From Candidatus Bipolaricaulota bacterium (GTDB taxonomy: Bacteria > Bipolaricaulota > Bipolaricaulia > UBA7950 > UBA9294): a DNA stretch of 20,351 nt. Under the pieces are notes generated by a model that saw nothing but the letters and a program-made list of their open reading frames with translations, made no database searches and was not told the DNA's origin. The position numbers and the translations under genes are program-made. Of the stretch, positions 1 through 9,315 are shown piece by piece; position 1 is the first letter of the stretch, and the number at the start of each line of letters is the position of its first letter. Location: contig JBFMGK010000024.1 in NCBI GenBank assembly GCA_040752575.1, forward strand, positions 1-20,351, written 5' to 3'.

Positions 1-1
1 G

Positions 2-337
2 CACGAACGCTGTGTTCTCAAGCACGGTGAGCACGGGAATCAAGTTGTATGCCTGGAAGACGAAGCCGATGCTCGTCATCCGCAGGCGGGCGAGCGCGTC
101 GCGCGATAGGCCCGACAGCGGCCGCCACTCGAGCAGGATGTCGCCCGACGTCGGTCGATCGAGGCCGCCGAGCAGATGCAGGAGGGTCGACTTCCCCGAG
201 CCCGACGGCCCGGCGATCGCCGTGAACTCCTTCTCGTGCAGTTCGAGGTCGATGCCGCGCAGCGCGGGCGTCGCGACGCCCCCGGCCTCGTACGTCTTCG
301 TCAGAGCGAGTGTCTGGATCAGAGGGCTATTCGACAT
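2..337 (-). CDS. ABC transporter ATP-binding protein (LolD/MacB-like), N-terminal part; runs off the window edge
   Basis: Not in the ORF track; translated by hand from ATG at 337: MSNSPLIQTLALTKTYEAGGVATPALRGIDL...AIAGPSGSGKSTLLHLLGGLDRPTSG...IGFVFQAYNLIP. Walker A GPSGSGKS and Q-loop GFVFQ are present. Start overlaps the end of the upstream permease. Confidence 0.93.
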   Translation of the reverse strand, partial: MSNSPLIQTLALTKTYEAGGVATPALRGIDLELHEKEFTAIAGPSGSGKSTLLHLLGGLDRPTSGDILLEWRPLSGLSRDALARLRMTSIGFVFQAYNLIPVLTVLENTAFV

Positions 338-1562
338 AGCGCATCGCCTCCACGGGTTCGAGATGTGACGCCCTGCGGGCCGGAATCCACGCCGCGAGCA
401 GCGCGACGGCCGCCATCGCCGCTGCGGCGAGCGCGACCTGCGGCGCGGCGACGCGCACGTGGAGGGCGGGGCTCATGCCCATCGCTTTCGCGAACAACTG
501 GAAGTCCCCAACGAGCGGAATCCCGCCGAGCGCTTCGATGGCGAGGATCAACACGACGCCGGCCATCGCTCCGCCGGCCGCGCCGGCAGCCGCGAGGACG
601 CCGGCCTCGGTGAGGATCATCCGCACGACGCGCCGCCGCGACGCGCCGAGCGACAGGATCAGGCCGAGTTCCCTCGTCCGCTCCATCACCGAGAGGTACA
701 CGGTGTTCAGCACGACGAGCGCGCCAAGCGCGAAGAACACGGCGGCGACGACGAGCATCGCCGGGCCCACAAGCCGCATGTAGATCTCGACTTGCGGCAC
801 GAGCGCGCGCCAATTGCGGACGTCGACGTCGGCGGGCAGCGCCGTCCGCAGCGCGGCGGCGACGGCGTCGATCCGGTCGGTGTGCCACGTTCCCGTGACG
901 CCGGCGACGCGCAGAACGATGGCCGTCGCCGCCGACGGGGAGCGGGCGAGCGAGCGGGCGACGGCGAGCGGCGCCTGCACGAGCGAGCGGCCGAGCTCGG
1001 CGACGGGCACGTCGACGATCCCGACCACGGGAACGCGGACGGCGCCGACGCCGGTCTCGGGGTGCGCGCCGAGAAGGGTGAACTCTTCGCCGACCGCGAG
1101 CTGGAGGAGGGCGGCCAGCTCCTTGCCGATCACGACGCCCGGGCTTCCGCTCTCGAGGTAGATGCCGTCGACGATTCGGTCCCGCATCGCGCTGATCGGG
1201 TCGATTTCTTCGGGGACGACGCCCTGGACGACGACGGGGCGAGAGCGCTCGCCCGCGCTCGCGAGCGCCGGGAGGTCGAGGCGGACGGTGAACCACTCGA
1301 TGCCTTCGGCCTGCGCGACGACGGCGAGCGCGGGTGCCGGATCCCGCAACAGGGGCATGGCCGATCCGGAGGCTCGCGTCTCGACGGCGCGGATCTGCAG
1401 GTGGCCGGTGTCGATCCGCGTGACGGTATCGAAGAGGTCATTCATCATCGCCGACGCGAAGCCGAACATCACGACGAGGACGTACACGGGGCACAGGATG
1501 GCGAGCAGCGTCAACAGGCTGCGGCGGCGATTCCGAACCAGGTGGCGAATGGCGGCCCTCAT
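327..1562 (-). CDS. ABC transporter permease (FtsX/MacB/LolE family)
   Basis: C-terminal part of ORF 327..2099. Likely start MRAAIRHLVRNRRRSLLT at 1562 (ATGA overlap with the upstream stop). Motifs SVMERTRELGLILSLGA and C-terminal IPARRASHLEPVEAMR. Confidence 0.92.
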   Translation of the reverse strand: MRAAIRHLVRNRRRSLLTLLAILCPVYVLVVMFGFASAMMNDLFDTVTRIDTGHLQIRAVETRASGSAMPLLRDPAPALAVVAQAEGIEWFTVRLDLPALASAGERSRPVVVQGVVPEEIDPISAMRDRIVDGIYLESGSPGVVIGKELAALLQLAVGEEFTLLGAHPETGVGAVRVPVVGIVDVPVAELGRSLVQAPLAVARSLARSPSAATAIVLRVAGVTGTWHTDRIDAVAAALRTALPADVDVRNWRALVPQVEIYMRLVGPAMLVVAAVFFALGALVVLNTVYLSVMERTRELGLILSLGASRRRVVRMILTEAGVLAAAGAAGGAMAGVVLILAIEALGGIPLVGDFQLFAKAMGMSPALHVRVAAPQVALAAAAMAAVALLAAWIPARRASHLEPVEAMRYVE

Positions 1563-2353
1563 CGCCCCGACTCCAGCCGTTCGATCGTGAAGAACGACGC
1601 GTCGAGGTCGAGGTCGAACTCGGGATCGACGATCTCCTGCACGGTGCGGTCGCCCGACGCGTCGTCGACGACGATCCGCGTCGGCAGCCGTCGGCCGCCC
1701 TGCTCGACGACGTCGGAGAACGTCGCCGTCCGAACCACGCCGCCGCGCTGGTCGTAGGTGACGAGCTGCGCGATCGTGTAGTCGTCGGTGACGGTCAGTT
1801 CGAGCTTTCCGTAGACGACGGGCGCGTCGGGATGAGGAACGAGCGTCAGCCGCGTACCGCCTTCGACGGCGTCGGCCGTCACGTCGAAGTCGTCCGACAG
1901 CGTGTCGAGTGCCAGGTCGGCGAGCGACGGCCCGGCGCCGAACAGCGCGTCGCCGAGAAGCATCGACGGCAGTTGGATGGCCGTGCCGGCCGCGGGCGCG
2001 TAGTACCAAAGATCGTCTCCGATCTGGAGGTAGCCGGAGCCGGCGTCGTCGGTCGGCTCGAGCACGCGGAGGAGGGCGTACTCGTCGCCGAGCGTCCACA
2101 CCTCGAGGGCGTGCCGCTTGGTCGCTCCGGCGAACGTGATCTCAAGCCGAACGACGGCGTGGAAGCTCTCGCCCTGCCACGCTACGCGAACGCGGTCGAG
2201 GACGTCCTCGGCACTCAGCGCAGCGGGCGCATCGTTCGCCGTCGCCAGGACGGAGGTCGCGAGAACGGCGACGACGGCGCAGCAGACGACGCGTCGTCCT
2301 AGCTTGCTTCTGCGCATGCGGCCCGTGCTGTGGATGCTGTGACGGCTACCCAT
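1559..2353 (-). CDS. Secreted outer-membrane lipoprotein-sorting (LolA-like) protein
   Basis: C-terminal part of ORF 1559..2962. ATG at 2353 is preceded by AAGGAGG. Signal-peptide-like segment RRVVCCAVVAVLATSVLATA, then LLRVLEP..DAGSGYL..GDDLWYYAP and end FDLDLDASFFTIERL, typical of LolA-like proteins encoded among such permeases. Confidence 0.8.
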   Translation of the reverse strand: MGSRHSIHSTGRMRRSKLGRRVVCCAVVAVLATSVLATANDAPAALSAEDVLDRVRVAWQGESFHAVVRLEITFAGATKRHALEVWTLGDEYALLRVLEPTDDAGSGYLQIGDDLWYYAPAAGTAIQLPSMLLGDALFGAGPSLADLALDTLSDDFDVTADAVEGGTRLTLVPHPDAPVVYGKLELTVTDDYTIAQLVTYDQRGGVVRTATFSDVVEQGGRRLPTRIVVDDASGDRTVQEIVDPEFDLDLDASFFTIERLESGR

Positions 2354-2367
2354 GGTTTCCACCCTCC

Positions 2368-3591
2368 TTAGCCTTCGCGGATGGCCGTGACCGGTTCGAG
2401 TCGATGCGCACGTCGCGCCGGATACCAAGCGGCGACGAGTGCCGTAAACGCGACGACCGATAGCGCGGCGAGCCAGTACAGGCCGGACGCCGACGCATAG
2501 ACGATTGCCGGGATGCCGGCGTCGGAGGCGAAGACGTCGGTGAAGACGCTGAGATTGAGGCCGACGCGCGACATGTAGAGAAGCGTTCCGTACCCGACGC
2601 TGCCGCCGACGGCGAAGCCGATCGACGCGACGAGAACCGACTCGGCGAGCACCATGCCGCCCAGTCTGCGCCGGCTCATGCCGACGGCGATCATCACGCC
2701 GAACTCGCGCGTCCGCTCGAGCACCGAGTAGAACGTCGTGTTCGCGACGCCGAAGCCGACCAAGAGCGAGATCAGGATCACGAATGGGATCATCTTGAGC
2801 GTCGACCCCTGGATCATCACCCGGGCGAGCGGGTTCAGCGCGAAGTAGTCGGCCACCTCGAGGTGCGGCTGGCCGGCAAGTAGGTCGCGGGCTCGATCGG
2901 CCGACCGGCCAGCCGACGTGCCGGTCGGTAGCGACACGGCGAGCGCGGTCGCGCCGTCCCACCCGGTCAGCGTGCGCGCATCGGCAATCGGAACAAGAAT
3001 GATCCGGTCGAGGTCGGAAAGCGCCGACGAGAAGAGGCCGACGGCGCGGAACGCGAGCGACGTCGTTCCGCCGTCGCCCGACGCAAGCAACACGACGCGC
3101 TCACCGACGCGAACGTCGAGACTGGCGGCCAGCTTCGAGGAAAGAACGACTTCTCCGGTCCCGCTTAGGTAACGTCCTTCGACGAGCCCCTTATGAAGGT
3201 CGGTCACCTGCGGCTCGAGGACGGGATCGACGCCGCGGATCGTCACGCCGTCCGTGCCGTAGGCGCTGCGGATCATCCCGTAGGCCTCGAGACGCGGCGC
3301 GACCGCGCGGACGCGCAGACCGGCGAGCGCCGACTCGGCCGCCGCGAGGTCGTCGAGCGAAAGGCCGCGCGACGGCGTCGGATCGTCGGCGTAGCCGGCC
3401 GCTCGCACCTGGAACGCGCCCTGATTCTCGACGGCCTGCGACCGCGTCATCGACGCGAGGAATCCGTCGGTGAGTCCCCACAGGAACAAGATCACGAAGC
3501 TACCGAACGCGACCATCGCGATCATGAGCAGCGTCCGCTGCGGGTGGCGCCACAGGCTCCGCCAGGCGATGCGAATCGTCGTTGCAATCAT
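2368..3591 (-). CDS. ABC transporter permease (FtsX/MacB/LolE family)
   Basis: IAWRSLWRHPQRTLL, IRGVDP, SVLERTREFGVMIAVGM, YPARRAHRLEPVTAIR. Confidence 0.93.
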   Translation of the reverse strand: MIATTIRIAWRSLWRHPQRTLLMIAMVAFGSFVILFLWGLTDGFLASMTRSQAVENQGAFQVRAAGYADDPTPSRGLSLDDLAAAESALAGLRVRAVAPRLEAYGMIRSAYGTDGVTIRGVDPVLEPQVTDLHKGLVEGRYLSGTGEVVLSSKLAASLDVRVGERVVLLASGDGGTTSLAFRAVGLFSSALSDLDRIILVPIADARTLTGWDGATALAVSLPTGTSAGRSADRARDLLAGQPHLEVADYFALNPLARVMIQGSTLKMIPFVILISLLVGFGVANTTFYSVLERTREFGVMIAVGMSRRRLGGMVLAESVLVASIGFAVGGSVGYGTLLYMSRVGLNLSVFTDVFASDAGIPAIVYASASGLYWLAALSVVAFTALVAAWYPARRAHRLEPVTAIREG

Positions 3592-4262
3592 CGACCCTCA
3601 CTTTTCCGGCCTGTTGCACGGCCGCGCGTGGCGGACGGTCGCGCCTTCCCCGTCTGCGCCGGGCAGGTCAGCCCGTCGGCGATCACGCGCGCCGAGCGAT
3701 CGAGCATCGTGCTGTACAACGGCTCGGGCACGCGCCGCTTGTTCACCGGGTACATCTTGATCAGACCCACCGTGTACAAGAGCTCTTGCGGGTCGCCGGC
3801 GACGATCTCGCCGCGCGCCTGAGCCGCCCGGATCTCGTCGACCAAGGGCGCGAACATCGTCCGCGCCTCGCGGAGCAGCTTCTCCACGTCGAGCGTTGCC
3901 GTCAGCCGATCGAGACTGCTCGGATCGCCGAGCAAGATGTTCGTGATCGGGTTCGTCTCGATCTCGCGAACCATCGCCTTCATCAATAGGACCAGCGCCT
4001 CGCGCGCGTCCGACGTCTGCCGGAACGACGCATCGAGCAACCGCCCCATCATCGTCGGAATCTCGGCGACCACCGTATCGACGTAGAGCGCTTCTTTACT
4101 GTCGAAGAAGAGATAGAAGCTGGCCTTGGCAATCCCCGCCGGCTTCACCAGATCCTCGACCGTCGTCTTCGAGAGCCCGTAGCGCGCAAAGCACTCCCGT
4201 CCTGACTCGATCAGGCGGCTTCGGATCGTCGCCTTCTCACTCTCGGTGAACGCTCGTGGCAT
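3588..4262 (-). CDS. TetR/AcrR family transcriptional regulator
   Basis: N-terminal HTH FARYGLSKTTVEDLVKPAGIAKASFYLFFDSKEALY. Stop overlaps the permease start. Confidence 0.93.
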   Translation of the reverse strand: MPRAFTESEKATIRSRLIESGRECFARYGLSKTTVEDLVKPAGIAKASFYLFFDSKEALYVDTVVAEIPTMMGRLLDASFRQTSDAREALVLLMKAMVREIETNPITNILLGDPSSLDRLTATLDVEKLLREARTMFAPLVDEIRAAQARGEIVAGDPQELLYTVGLIKMYPVNKRRVPEPLYSTMLDRSARVIADGLTCPAQTGKARPSATRGRATGRKSEGR

Positions 4263-4274
4263 CGTGCCGTCCCT

Positions 4275-4330
4275 GTGACTATTCTTCCTAGACGGTCACG
4301 TAGTATACAGACGCCCACGTCGCCCGTCAA
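4275..4330 (-). promoter_or_regulatory. Sigma70-type promoter of the tetR-ABC operon with a candidate TetR operator
   Basis: On minus: TTGACG (4330-4325), 17 nt, TATACT (4307-4302). Inverted repeat GTGAC-N15-GTCAC at 4275-4299 lies just downstream. Confidence 0.7.
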
Positions 4331-4364
4331 GCGCCGGGAGTCCGTGAAGCGGAACACAGGTTCT

Positions 4365-4389
4365 GTAGCGTCGCAGCTTGTCTGCGACG
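4365..4389 (+). repeat. GTAG-type REP-like palindrome, copy 1
   Basis: GTAG followed by a perfect hairpin CGTCGCAG-CTTGT-CTGCGACG. A partial copy (tgcgacgttcgctgactct) sits at 4441-4459 and a second copy at 16726. Confidence 0.65.
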
Positions 4390-4558
4390 TCTGCTGCCCG
4401 CGCTCAGCTTTCCGGGGCCTCGTGGCCCAGATGGCCCGCCTGCGACGTTCGCTGACTCTGTCGGCCTCGCGCTTTCGATCTCCGCAAGTTGGCTTCCCCT
4501 CACGCCTACGCTAGAATCAGACAGATCCGCTTGGAGGAGACGAACACAAGCACCGACC

Positions 4559-7402
4559 ATGCATCTCTCTGAGGCCGAGACGCGCGCGCGGCACATCGAC
4601 ACCCGTCTGGCTCTTGCTGGCTGGAACGTCAACGACCGCTCTCAGGTCATCGAGGAACTCGAAGTCCACCTTGCGGACACCCTTTCCAGGGAGCCTCTTA
4701 GGGACGAGCCCGTCGCGGGGAGCGGATTCTCCGACTACGGCCTTCTCGTGAACGGGCAGCCGGTGGCCATCGTTGAAGCCAAGCGAACGTCGCGCGACGC
4801 GGAGCTCGGCCAAGAGCAGGCGCTGCAATACGCCCAGCACCTCCAGAGGAATCACGGCATCGAGCTGCCGTTCGTTCTGTACAGCAACGGTCTGCGCCAC
4901 TTCTTCTGGGAGTCCGACTTCTACCCACCGGAGGAGGTCGTCGGCTTCCCGACGCGCGACGACCTTGAGTGGATGAGATTGCGAAGGCGGCAGCGTCGGG
5001 CGCTCTCGGTCGAGCTGATCAACCGCGCGATCGCGGGCCGCGACTACCAGATCCAGGGGATCCGCACGCTCCTCGAAGCGATCGAAGAGAAGCGGCGCAG
5101 GTTTCTGATGGTCATGGCCACCGGCACCGGCAAGACGCGGGCGGCTGTGGCGCTCGTCGACGTCCTCCAGCGCGCCGGCTGGGCGAAGCGCGTGCTGTTT
5201 CTCGTCGACCGCATCCCGCTGCGCAGGCAGGCGCTCGACGCGTTCAAGGAGTACCTGCCGTCCGAGCCCCGATGGCCGGAGAAGGGCGATCGCGGCTTCC
5301 CGCGCGAACGGCGGGTCTACGTCGCAACGTATCCCACGATGCTCAACCTGATCGAGAAGGGCACGACGCCGGAGACCTACATCTCGCCCTTCTTCTTCGA
5401 TGTCGTGATCGCCGACGAGAGCCATCGCAGCCTATACAACGTCTACAAGAACGTCCTCGACTACTTCTCAGCGATCAAGATCGGACTCACGGCGACGCCC
5501 ACCGACTTCGTCGACCACGACACGTTCGAGCTGTTTGACTGTGCCGACGGCGATCCGACCTTCGCCTACTCGTTCGACGAAGCCATCGCCCACGTGCCGC
5601 CCTACCTCTGCGACTTCGAGGTCCTGAAGGTACGGTCGAAGTTCCAGCTTGAGGGCATCCACGGTCGCGCGCTCGAACCGGCCGAGCAGCGGCGCCTCAT
5701 CGCCGAGGGCAAGGATCCCGAGGACATCGAGTTCGAAGGCACAGAACTGGAGCGGAAGGTGACAAACTCGGGAACGAACGGCCTGGTCGTGCGCGAGTTC
5801 ATGGAGGAAGCAATCAAGGATCCGTCGGGCACGCTTCCTGGCAAGACGATCTTCTTCGCCATCTCGATCGACCACGCCCGGCGGCTGCAGAAGCTGTTCG
5901 ACGAGTTCTACCCCGAGCACAAGGGACGCCTTGCTCGCGTGCTCGTCTCGGAGGACTCGCGCGTTCACGACAAGGGCGGCCTTCTCGACCAGTTCAAGCT
6001 GCAGGACATGCCGCGCGTCGCGATCTCGGTCGACATGCTCGATACCGGCGTCGACATCCGCGAGGTCGTGAACCTTGTGTTTGCCAAGCCCGTCTACTCA
6101 CGCGTCAAGTTCTGGCAGATGATCGGGCGCGGAACGCGCGTCCTCGAAGAGCCCGCGAAGCGCAAGCCGTGGTGCCCAGAGAAGGACCGCTTTCTGATCA
6201 TCGACTGCTGGGGCAACTTCGCCTACTTCGACATGCACCCCGAGGGTCGCGATCCGCAGGCCCTCGTGGCCGCCCCCGTGAAGCTCTTCCGCGCGCGGCT
6301 CGACAAGCTTGAAGCCGCCCTCGCCGTCGGGCAAGCCGCTGTCGCCGAAGCCGTCTGCGACGACCTCCAAAGCGATCTCGCCAAGCTCCCCGCGCGGAAC
6401 CTCGTCGTGCAGCAGGCGTCTACGGAACTGGCGCGCGTTCGTGATCGCGAGTTCTGGCGACGCATGGACGGCGACAAGGCTGCCTTCCTGCGGACGGCGG
6501 TCGCTCCCGTGTTGCGGGTGCGAACGGGCGACGACCTGAAGAGCCTGCGGTTCGAGGTTGATGCGGTCGAGTACGCCACCGCGCGTCTGGCCGGCGAACA
6601 GGACCGCGCCGACGCGATTCGCGAGAGCCTGTGCGCACAGGTCGACGAGTTGCCGATGGGCGTCAACCTCGTGGCGCGAGAGCGCGAGCTGATCGAGGGC
6701 GTGCTTGGCGACGAGTGGTGGGTCGACCCCACCGATGACGCGTTGCGAGAGATGACGCGACGCCTCGCGCCGCTGATGCCGTACCGGACGCCGAAGACGA
6801 CGGCGCTGATGCGGCTCGACCTCAAGGACATGACGCTCATCAAGGAGAGGATCGAGCTGGGCGGCGATCTGGGGCGGTTGAGCCTTGCCGCCTACCGCGA
6901 GCGCGTCGAGGCCTTTGTGCGCGACCTCGTCGACGAGAACCCGGTTCTCCAAAAGGTGCGCGATGGCGCGGAGCTGACAAGAGACGAGATCCACGACCTG
7001 GCGGCGCTTCTCGAATCGAGCGAGCTGCACGTGACCGAAGAGCGGCTGCAGCAGGTCTACGACAACCGCACGGCCCACTTCCTCCAGTTCATCCGCCACG
7101 TCCTCGGCCTCGAGCGCGTCGCGTCGTGGGAAGAGACGGTCACGGCGCGGTTCGATGCGTTCATTGCCGCCCACACCGATCTCTCGAGCCGCCAGATTCT
7201 CTTCCTGCAGACCTTGCGGACGTTCATCCTCCAGACGCGGCGGGTCGAGAAGAAGGACCTGGTCGACGAGCCGTTCACGCGCGTGCATCCGGGCGGCATT
7301 CAGGGGTTGTTCGGCAGCGCCGAGATCGAAGAGATCCTGGGTTTGGCTCGTGACCTGGTCGGAGCTCTGGAGCCGCCAGCCGATGGCGGCGAGAATGCGT
7401 AA
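4559..7402 (+). CDS. hsdR: Type I restriction enzyme R subunit (EcoAI/EcoEI-like architecture)
   Basis: SEAETRARHID start, PD-(D/E)xK nuclease SDYGLL...IVEAKR, Walker A MATGTGKT, DESH box, GLTATP, MLDTGVD, QMIGRGTR, C-terminal LVDEPFT..HPGG. Lies upstream of hsdM/hsdS. Confidence 0.95.
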   Translation: MHLSEAETRARHIDTRLALAGWNVNDRSQVIEELEVHLADTLSREPLRDEPVAGSGFSDYGLLVNGQPVAIVEAKRTSRDAELGQEQALQYAQHLQRNHGIELPFVLYSNGLRHFFWESDFYPPEEVVGFPTRDDLEWMRLRRRQRRALSVELINRAIAGRDYQIQGIRTLLEAIEEKRRRFLMVMATGTGKTRAAVALVDVLQRAGWAKRVLFLVDRIPLRRQALDAFKEYLPSEPRWPEKGDRGFPRERRVYVATYPTMLNLIEKGTTPETYISPFFFDVVIADESHRSLYNVYKNVLDYFSAIKIGLTATPTDFVDHDTFELFDCADGDPTFAYSFDEAIAHVPPYLCDFEVLKVRSKFQLEGIHGRALEPAEQRRLIAEGKDPEDIEFEGTELERKVTNSGTNGLVVREFMEEAIKDPSGTLPGKTIFFAISIDHARRLQKLFDEFYPEHKGRLARVLVSEDSRVHDKGGLLDQFKLQDMPRVAISVDMLDTGVDIREVVNLVFAKPVYSRVKFWQMIGRGTRVLEEPAKRKPWCPEKDRFLIIDCWGNFAYFDMHPEGRDPQALVAAPVKLFRARLDKLEAALAVGQAAVAEAVCDDLQSDLAKLPARNLVVQQASTELARVRDREFWRRMDGDKAAFLRTAVAPVLRVRTGDDLKSLRFEVDAVEYATARLAGEQDRADAIRESLCAQVDELPMGVNLVARERELIEGVLGDEWWVDPTDDALREMTRRLAPLMPYRTPKTTALMRLDLKDMTLIKERIELGGDLGRLSLAAYRERVEAFVRDLVDENPVLQKVRDGAELTRDEIHDLAALLESSELHVTEERLQQVYDNRTAHFLQFIRHVLGLERVASWEETVTARFDAFIAAHTDLSSRQILFLQTLRTFILQTRRVEKKDLVDEPFTRVHPGGIQGLFGSAEIEEILGLARDLVGALEPPADGGENA

Positions 7403-7430
7403 CCAAGTCATCAATGTGGTAATGTTGCGC

Positions 7431-7506
7431 TTGACACTACGCGTTCATGGTGCTAGATTGATCGCGTAATGAAGACCCGACGTTACTACAATAACGGTAC
7501 CCGTTA
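7431..7506 (+). promoter_or_regulatory. Sigma70 promoter for fic (and possibly downstream genes) with a palindromic operator
   Basis: TTGACA 7431-7436, 17 nt, TG-n-TAGATT 7451-7459. Perfect inverted repeat TAACGG-TAC-CCGTTA at 7492-7506 in an AT-richer gap. Confidence 0.7.
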
Positions 7507-7527
7507 CGCAATCCCGAGGGTGGATGC

Positions 7528-8571
7528 ATGCAATCCCTAGCGCACCCCTTTCTCGATCGGCTCACGTTCACGGCTTCGCAAGCCGCGGCGATGACGACGC
7601 TCGGCGAGTATCGCGGGAAACAGGAGCTCTACTCCCACCAGACGCCGCAGATTCTCGACACGCTCAAAGCCGCCGCGATGATTGAGTCTGTCGAATCCTC
7701 GAACCGCCTGGAGGGAATCACGGCCGACCGGGGTCGCATTGAGGCGCTGGTCCTGAAGAGCACGGCATCGACCAACCGTTCCGAAGAAGAGATCGCCGGA
7801 TATCGAGATGCGCTGGCGCTCATCCACGAACAAGCGGAGCACATGCCCGTTGCCCTCAACACCATTCTGCAGTGCCACGCCATGATCAACCGCTACTCGG
7901 CCTCGGCCGGCGGGTACTGGAAATCCAAAGACAACCTGATCATCGAGCGACACGACGACGGCTTGGAGCGCGTACGATTCCGCCCCGTATCCGCTGCCGA
8001 AACGCCGGGGGCGATGGCGAAACTCGTCGAGCGCTACGAGGCGGCCATCCACCAGGACCATCGAGAGCCTCTTCTCGTCGTGCCTCTTACGGTGCTCGAC
8101 TTCCTCTGCATCCATCCGTTCGCTGACGGGAACGGCCGCTGTTCGAGGCTGCTCACCCTCCTTACGCTCTACCACGCCGGGTACAACGTCGGGCGCTTCA
8201 TCAGCCTGGAAAGAGTCTTCGAGCAGTCGAAAGAGACGTACTACGAGGTTCTCGAGCGGAGCTCGCAAGGATGGCACGAGGGAACACATGACGTGCACCC
8301 GTGGCTCAACTACTTCTGGGGCGTGCTTACCGCAGCGTACCGGGAGTTTGAGGATCGAGTCGGCACGATCCAGACGGCGCGGGGATCGAAGACCGAACTC
8401 GTCAAGGCGGCCGTACGCCGAAGGTTCGCGCCCTTTGCGATCTCGGATCTAGAGCGCGACTGTCCCGAAGTGAGCCGTGACATGATCCGCGTCGTGCTCA
8501 ACCAGTTGCGCGAGGAAGGCCTCGTCGCTATGGAAGGCAAAGGGCGTGGGGCGAAGTGGAAGAAGTGCTAG
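7528..8571 (+). CDS. Fic family protein (N-terminal inhibitory motif) with a probable C-terminal winged helix
   Basis: Catalytic motif HPFADGNGRCSR, inhibitory motif SNRLEG, C-terminal FAISDLERDCPEVSRDMIRVVLNQLREEGLV..GKGRGAKW. Confidence 0.93.
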   Translation: MQSLAHPFLDRLTFTASQAAAMTTLGEYRGKQELYSHQTPQILDTLKAAAMIESVESSNRLEGITADRGRIEALVLKSTASTNRSEEEIAGYRDALALIHEQAEHMPVALNTILQCHAMINRYSASAGGYWKSKDNLIIERHDDGLERVRFRPVSAAETPGAMAKLVERYEAAIHQDHREPLLVVPLTVLDFLCIHPFADGNGRCSRLLTLLTLYHAGYNVGRFISLERVFEQSKETYYEVLERSSQGWHEGTHDVHPWLNYFWGVLTAAYREFEDRVGTIQTARGSKTELVKAAVRRRFAPFAISDLERDCPEVSRDMIRVVLNQLREEGLVAMEGKGRGAKWKKC

Positions 8572-8572
8572 G

Positions 8573-8670
8573 GGGCAGTGGGGAGTGAGCGGTGGGGAGT
8601 GGGGAGTGGGGAGTGGGCAGTGAGGTGTGAGGAGTGAGGAGTGGGGAGTGGGGAGTGAGGAGCGGGCAGA
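8573..8670 (+). repeat. Tandem array of 14 degenerate G-rich heptamers (consensus GGGGAGT/GAGGAGT)
   Basis: GGGCAGT GGGGAGT GAGCGGT GGGGAGT GGGGAGT GGGGAGT GGGCAGT GAGGTGT GAGGAGT GAGGAGT GGGGAGT GGGGAGT GAGGAGC GGGCAGA, in strict 7-nt phase. Confidence 0.95.
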
Positions 8671-8672
8671 AA

Positions 8673-9077
8673 GTGACGAGTCAAGGCGGAGAGAAGCCCA
8701 GCACGATCACGAGCTATCGAGATCTCGTCGTCTGGCAGCGGGCGATGGAGCTTGTATCCGCCGCCTACAGGTTGGCGAGCACGTTTCCGGATTCGGAGCG
8801 GTTTGGGCTGACTTCGCAGCTCCAGCGTTCCGCCGTCTCGATTCCGAGCAACATCGCTGAAGGTCAGGGCCGGCTGGCGACGAAGGAGTTCCGACAGTTC
8901 CTCGGCGTGGCGCGTGGTTCGCTGAGAGAGCTTGAGACCCAGCTCCTCCTGAGCGCCGATCTCCGCTACGCACAGCGAGCAGAGGTCGACGCGTGCCTTG
9001 CCCTCGCCGACGAAGTCGGTCGCATGTTGACCGCGCTGATCAAGGCGCTGGAGAGGAAGCAGGCGAGTGAGGAGTGA
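8673..9077 (+). CDS. Four helix bundle protein (23S rRNA IVP / Avd-like family)
   Basis: SYRDLVVWQRAMEL, FPDSERFGLTSQLQRSAVSIPSNIAEG, FLGVARGSLRELETQL. Likely start GTG 8673 after GAGGAG; the track's longer start lies inside the repeat. Confidence 0.93.
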   Translation: MTSQGGEKPSTITSYRDLVVWQRAMELVSAAYRLASTFPDSERFGLTSQLQRSAVSIPSNIAEGQGRLATKEFRQFLGVARGSLRELETQLLLSADLRYAQRAEVDACLALADEVGRMLTALIKALERKQASEE

Positions 9078-9118
9078 GGAGGAGCCAAGTGGTTAGTGAT
9101 CAGTGGGTAGGGGTCAGA
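9062..9118 (+). repeat. Second, more degenerate G-strand heptamer run overlapping the four-helix-bundle stop codon
   Basis: GGCGAGT GAGGAGT GAGGAGG (A) GCCAAGT GGTTAGT GATCAGT GGGTAGG GGTCAGA. Confidence 0.8.
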
Positions 9119-9205
9119 AGAGGGCAAGTTCTCGATAGGAGGGCACTCGGAGTCGCAGGGATTGCCGTTGAGAGGCGGGCCACTTCGCTCCGCTCCTTGG
9201 CATCG

Positions 9206-9315
9206 ACTACCCACTGGTCTTCCGCTTCCCACGATTCACTGCGCACTCGGTCGTCCGCTTCTACCCACTCCCCCCTGCCTTTGCTCTGCTCACTCACCAC
9301 TCCCCACTCCCCACT
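9206..9315 (-). repeat. Inverted (C-rich) heptamer array complementary to the G-rich arrays
   Basis: ...ACTACCC ACTGGTC...CTACCC ACTCCCC...GCTC ACTCACC ACTCCCC ACTCCCC ACT. The reverse complement of 9286-9314 matches 8592-8620 at 27 of 29 positions. Confidence 0.9.

Noticed and set aside
12..3989. Long plus-strand and alternative-frame ORFs over the ABC operon, and the extended N-termini of ORFs 327..2099 and 1559..2962
   Set aside because: Arg/Pro/Ala-rich shadow frames of GC-rich genes; the real starts are supported by RBS and stop/start overlaps.
8673..9077. Diversity-generating retroelement (Avd-like gene)
   Set aside because: No reverse transcriptase and no TR/VR pair differing at adenines in the window.
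8573..9315. 23S rRNA intervening sequence
   Set aside because: The flanks are fic and hsdM; no rRNA sequence is present.
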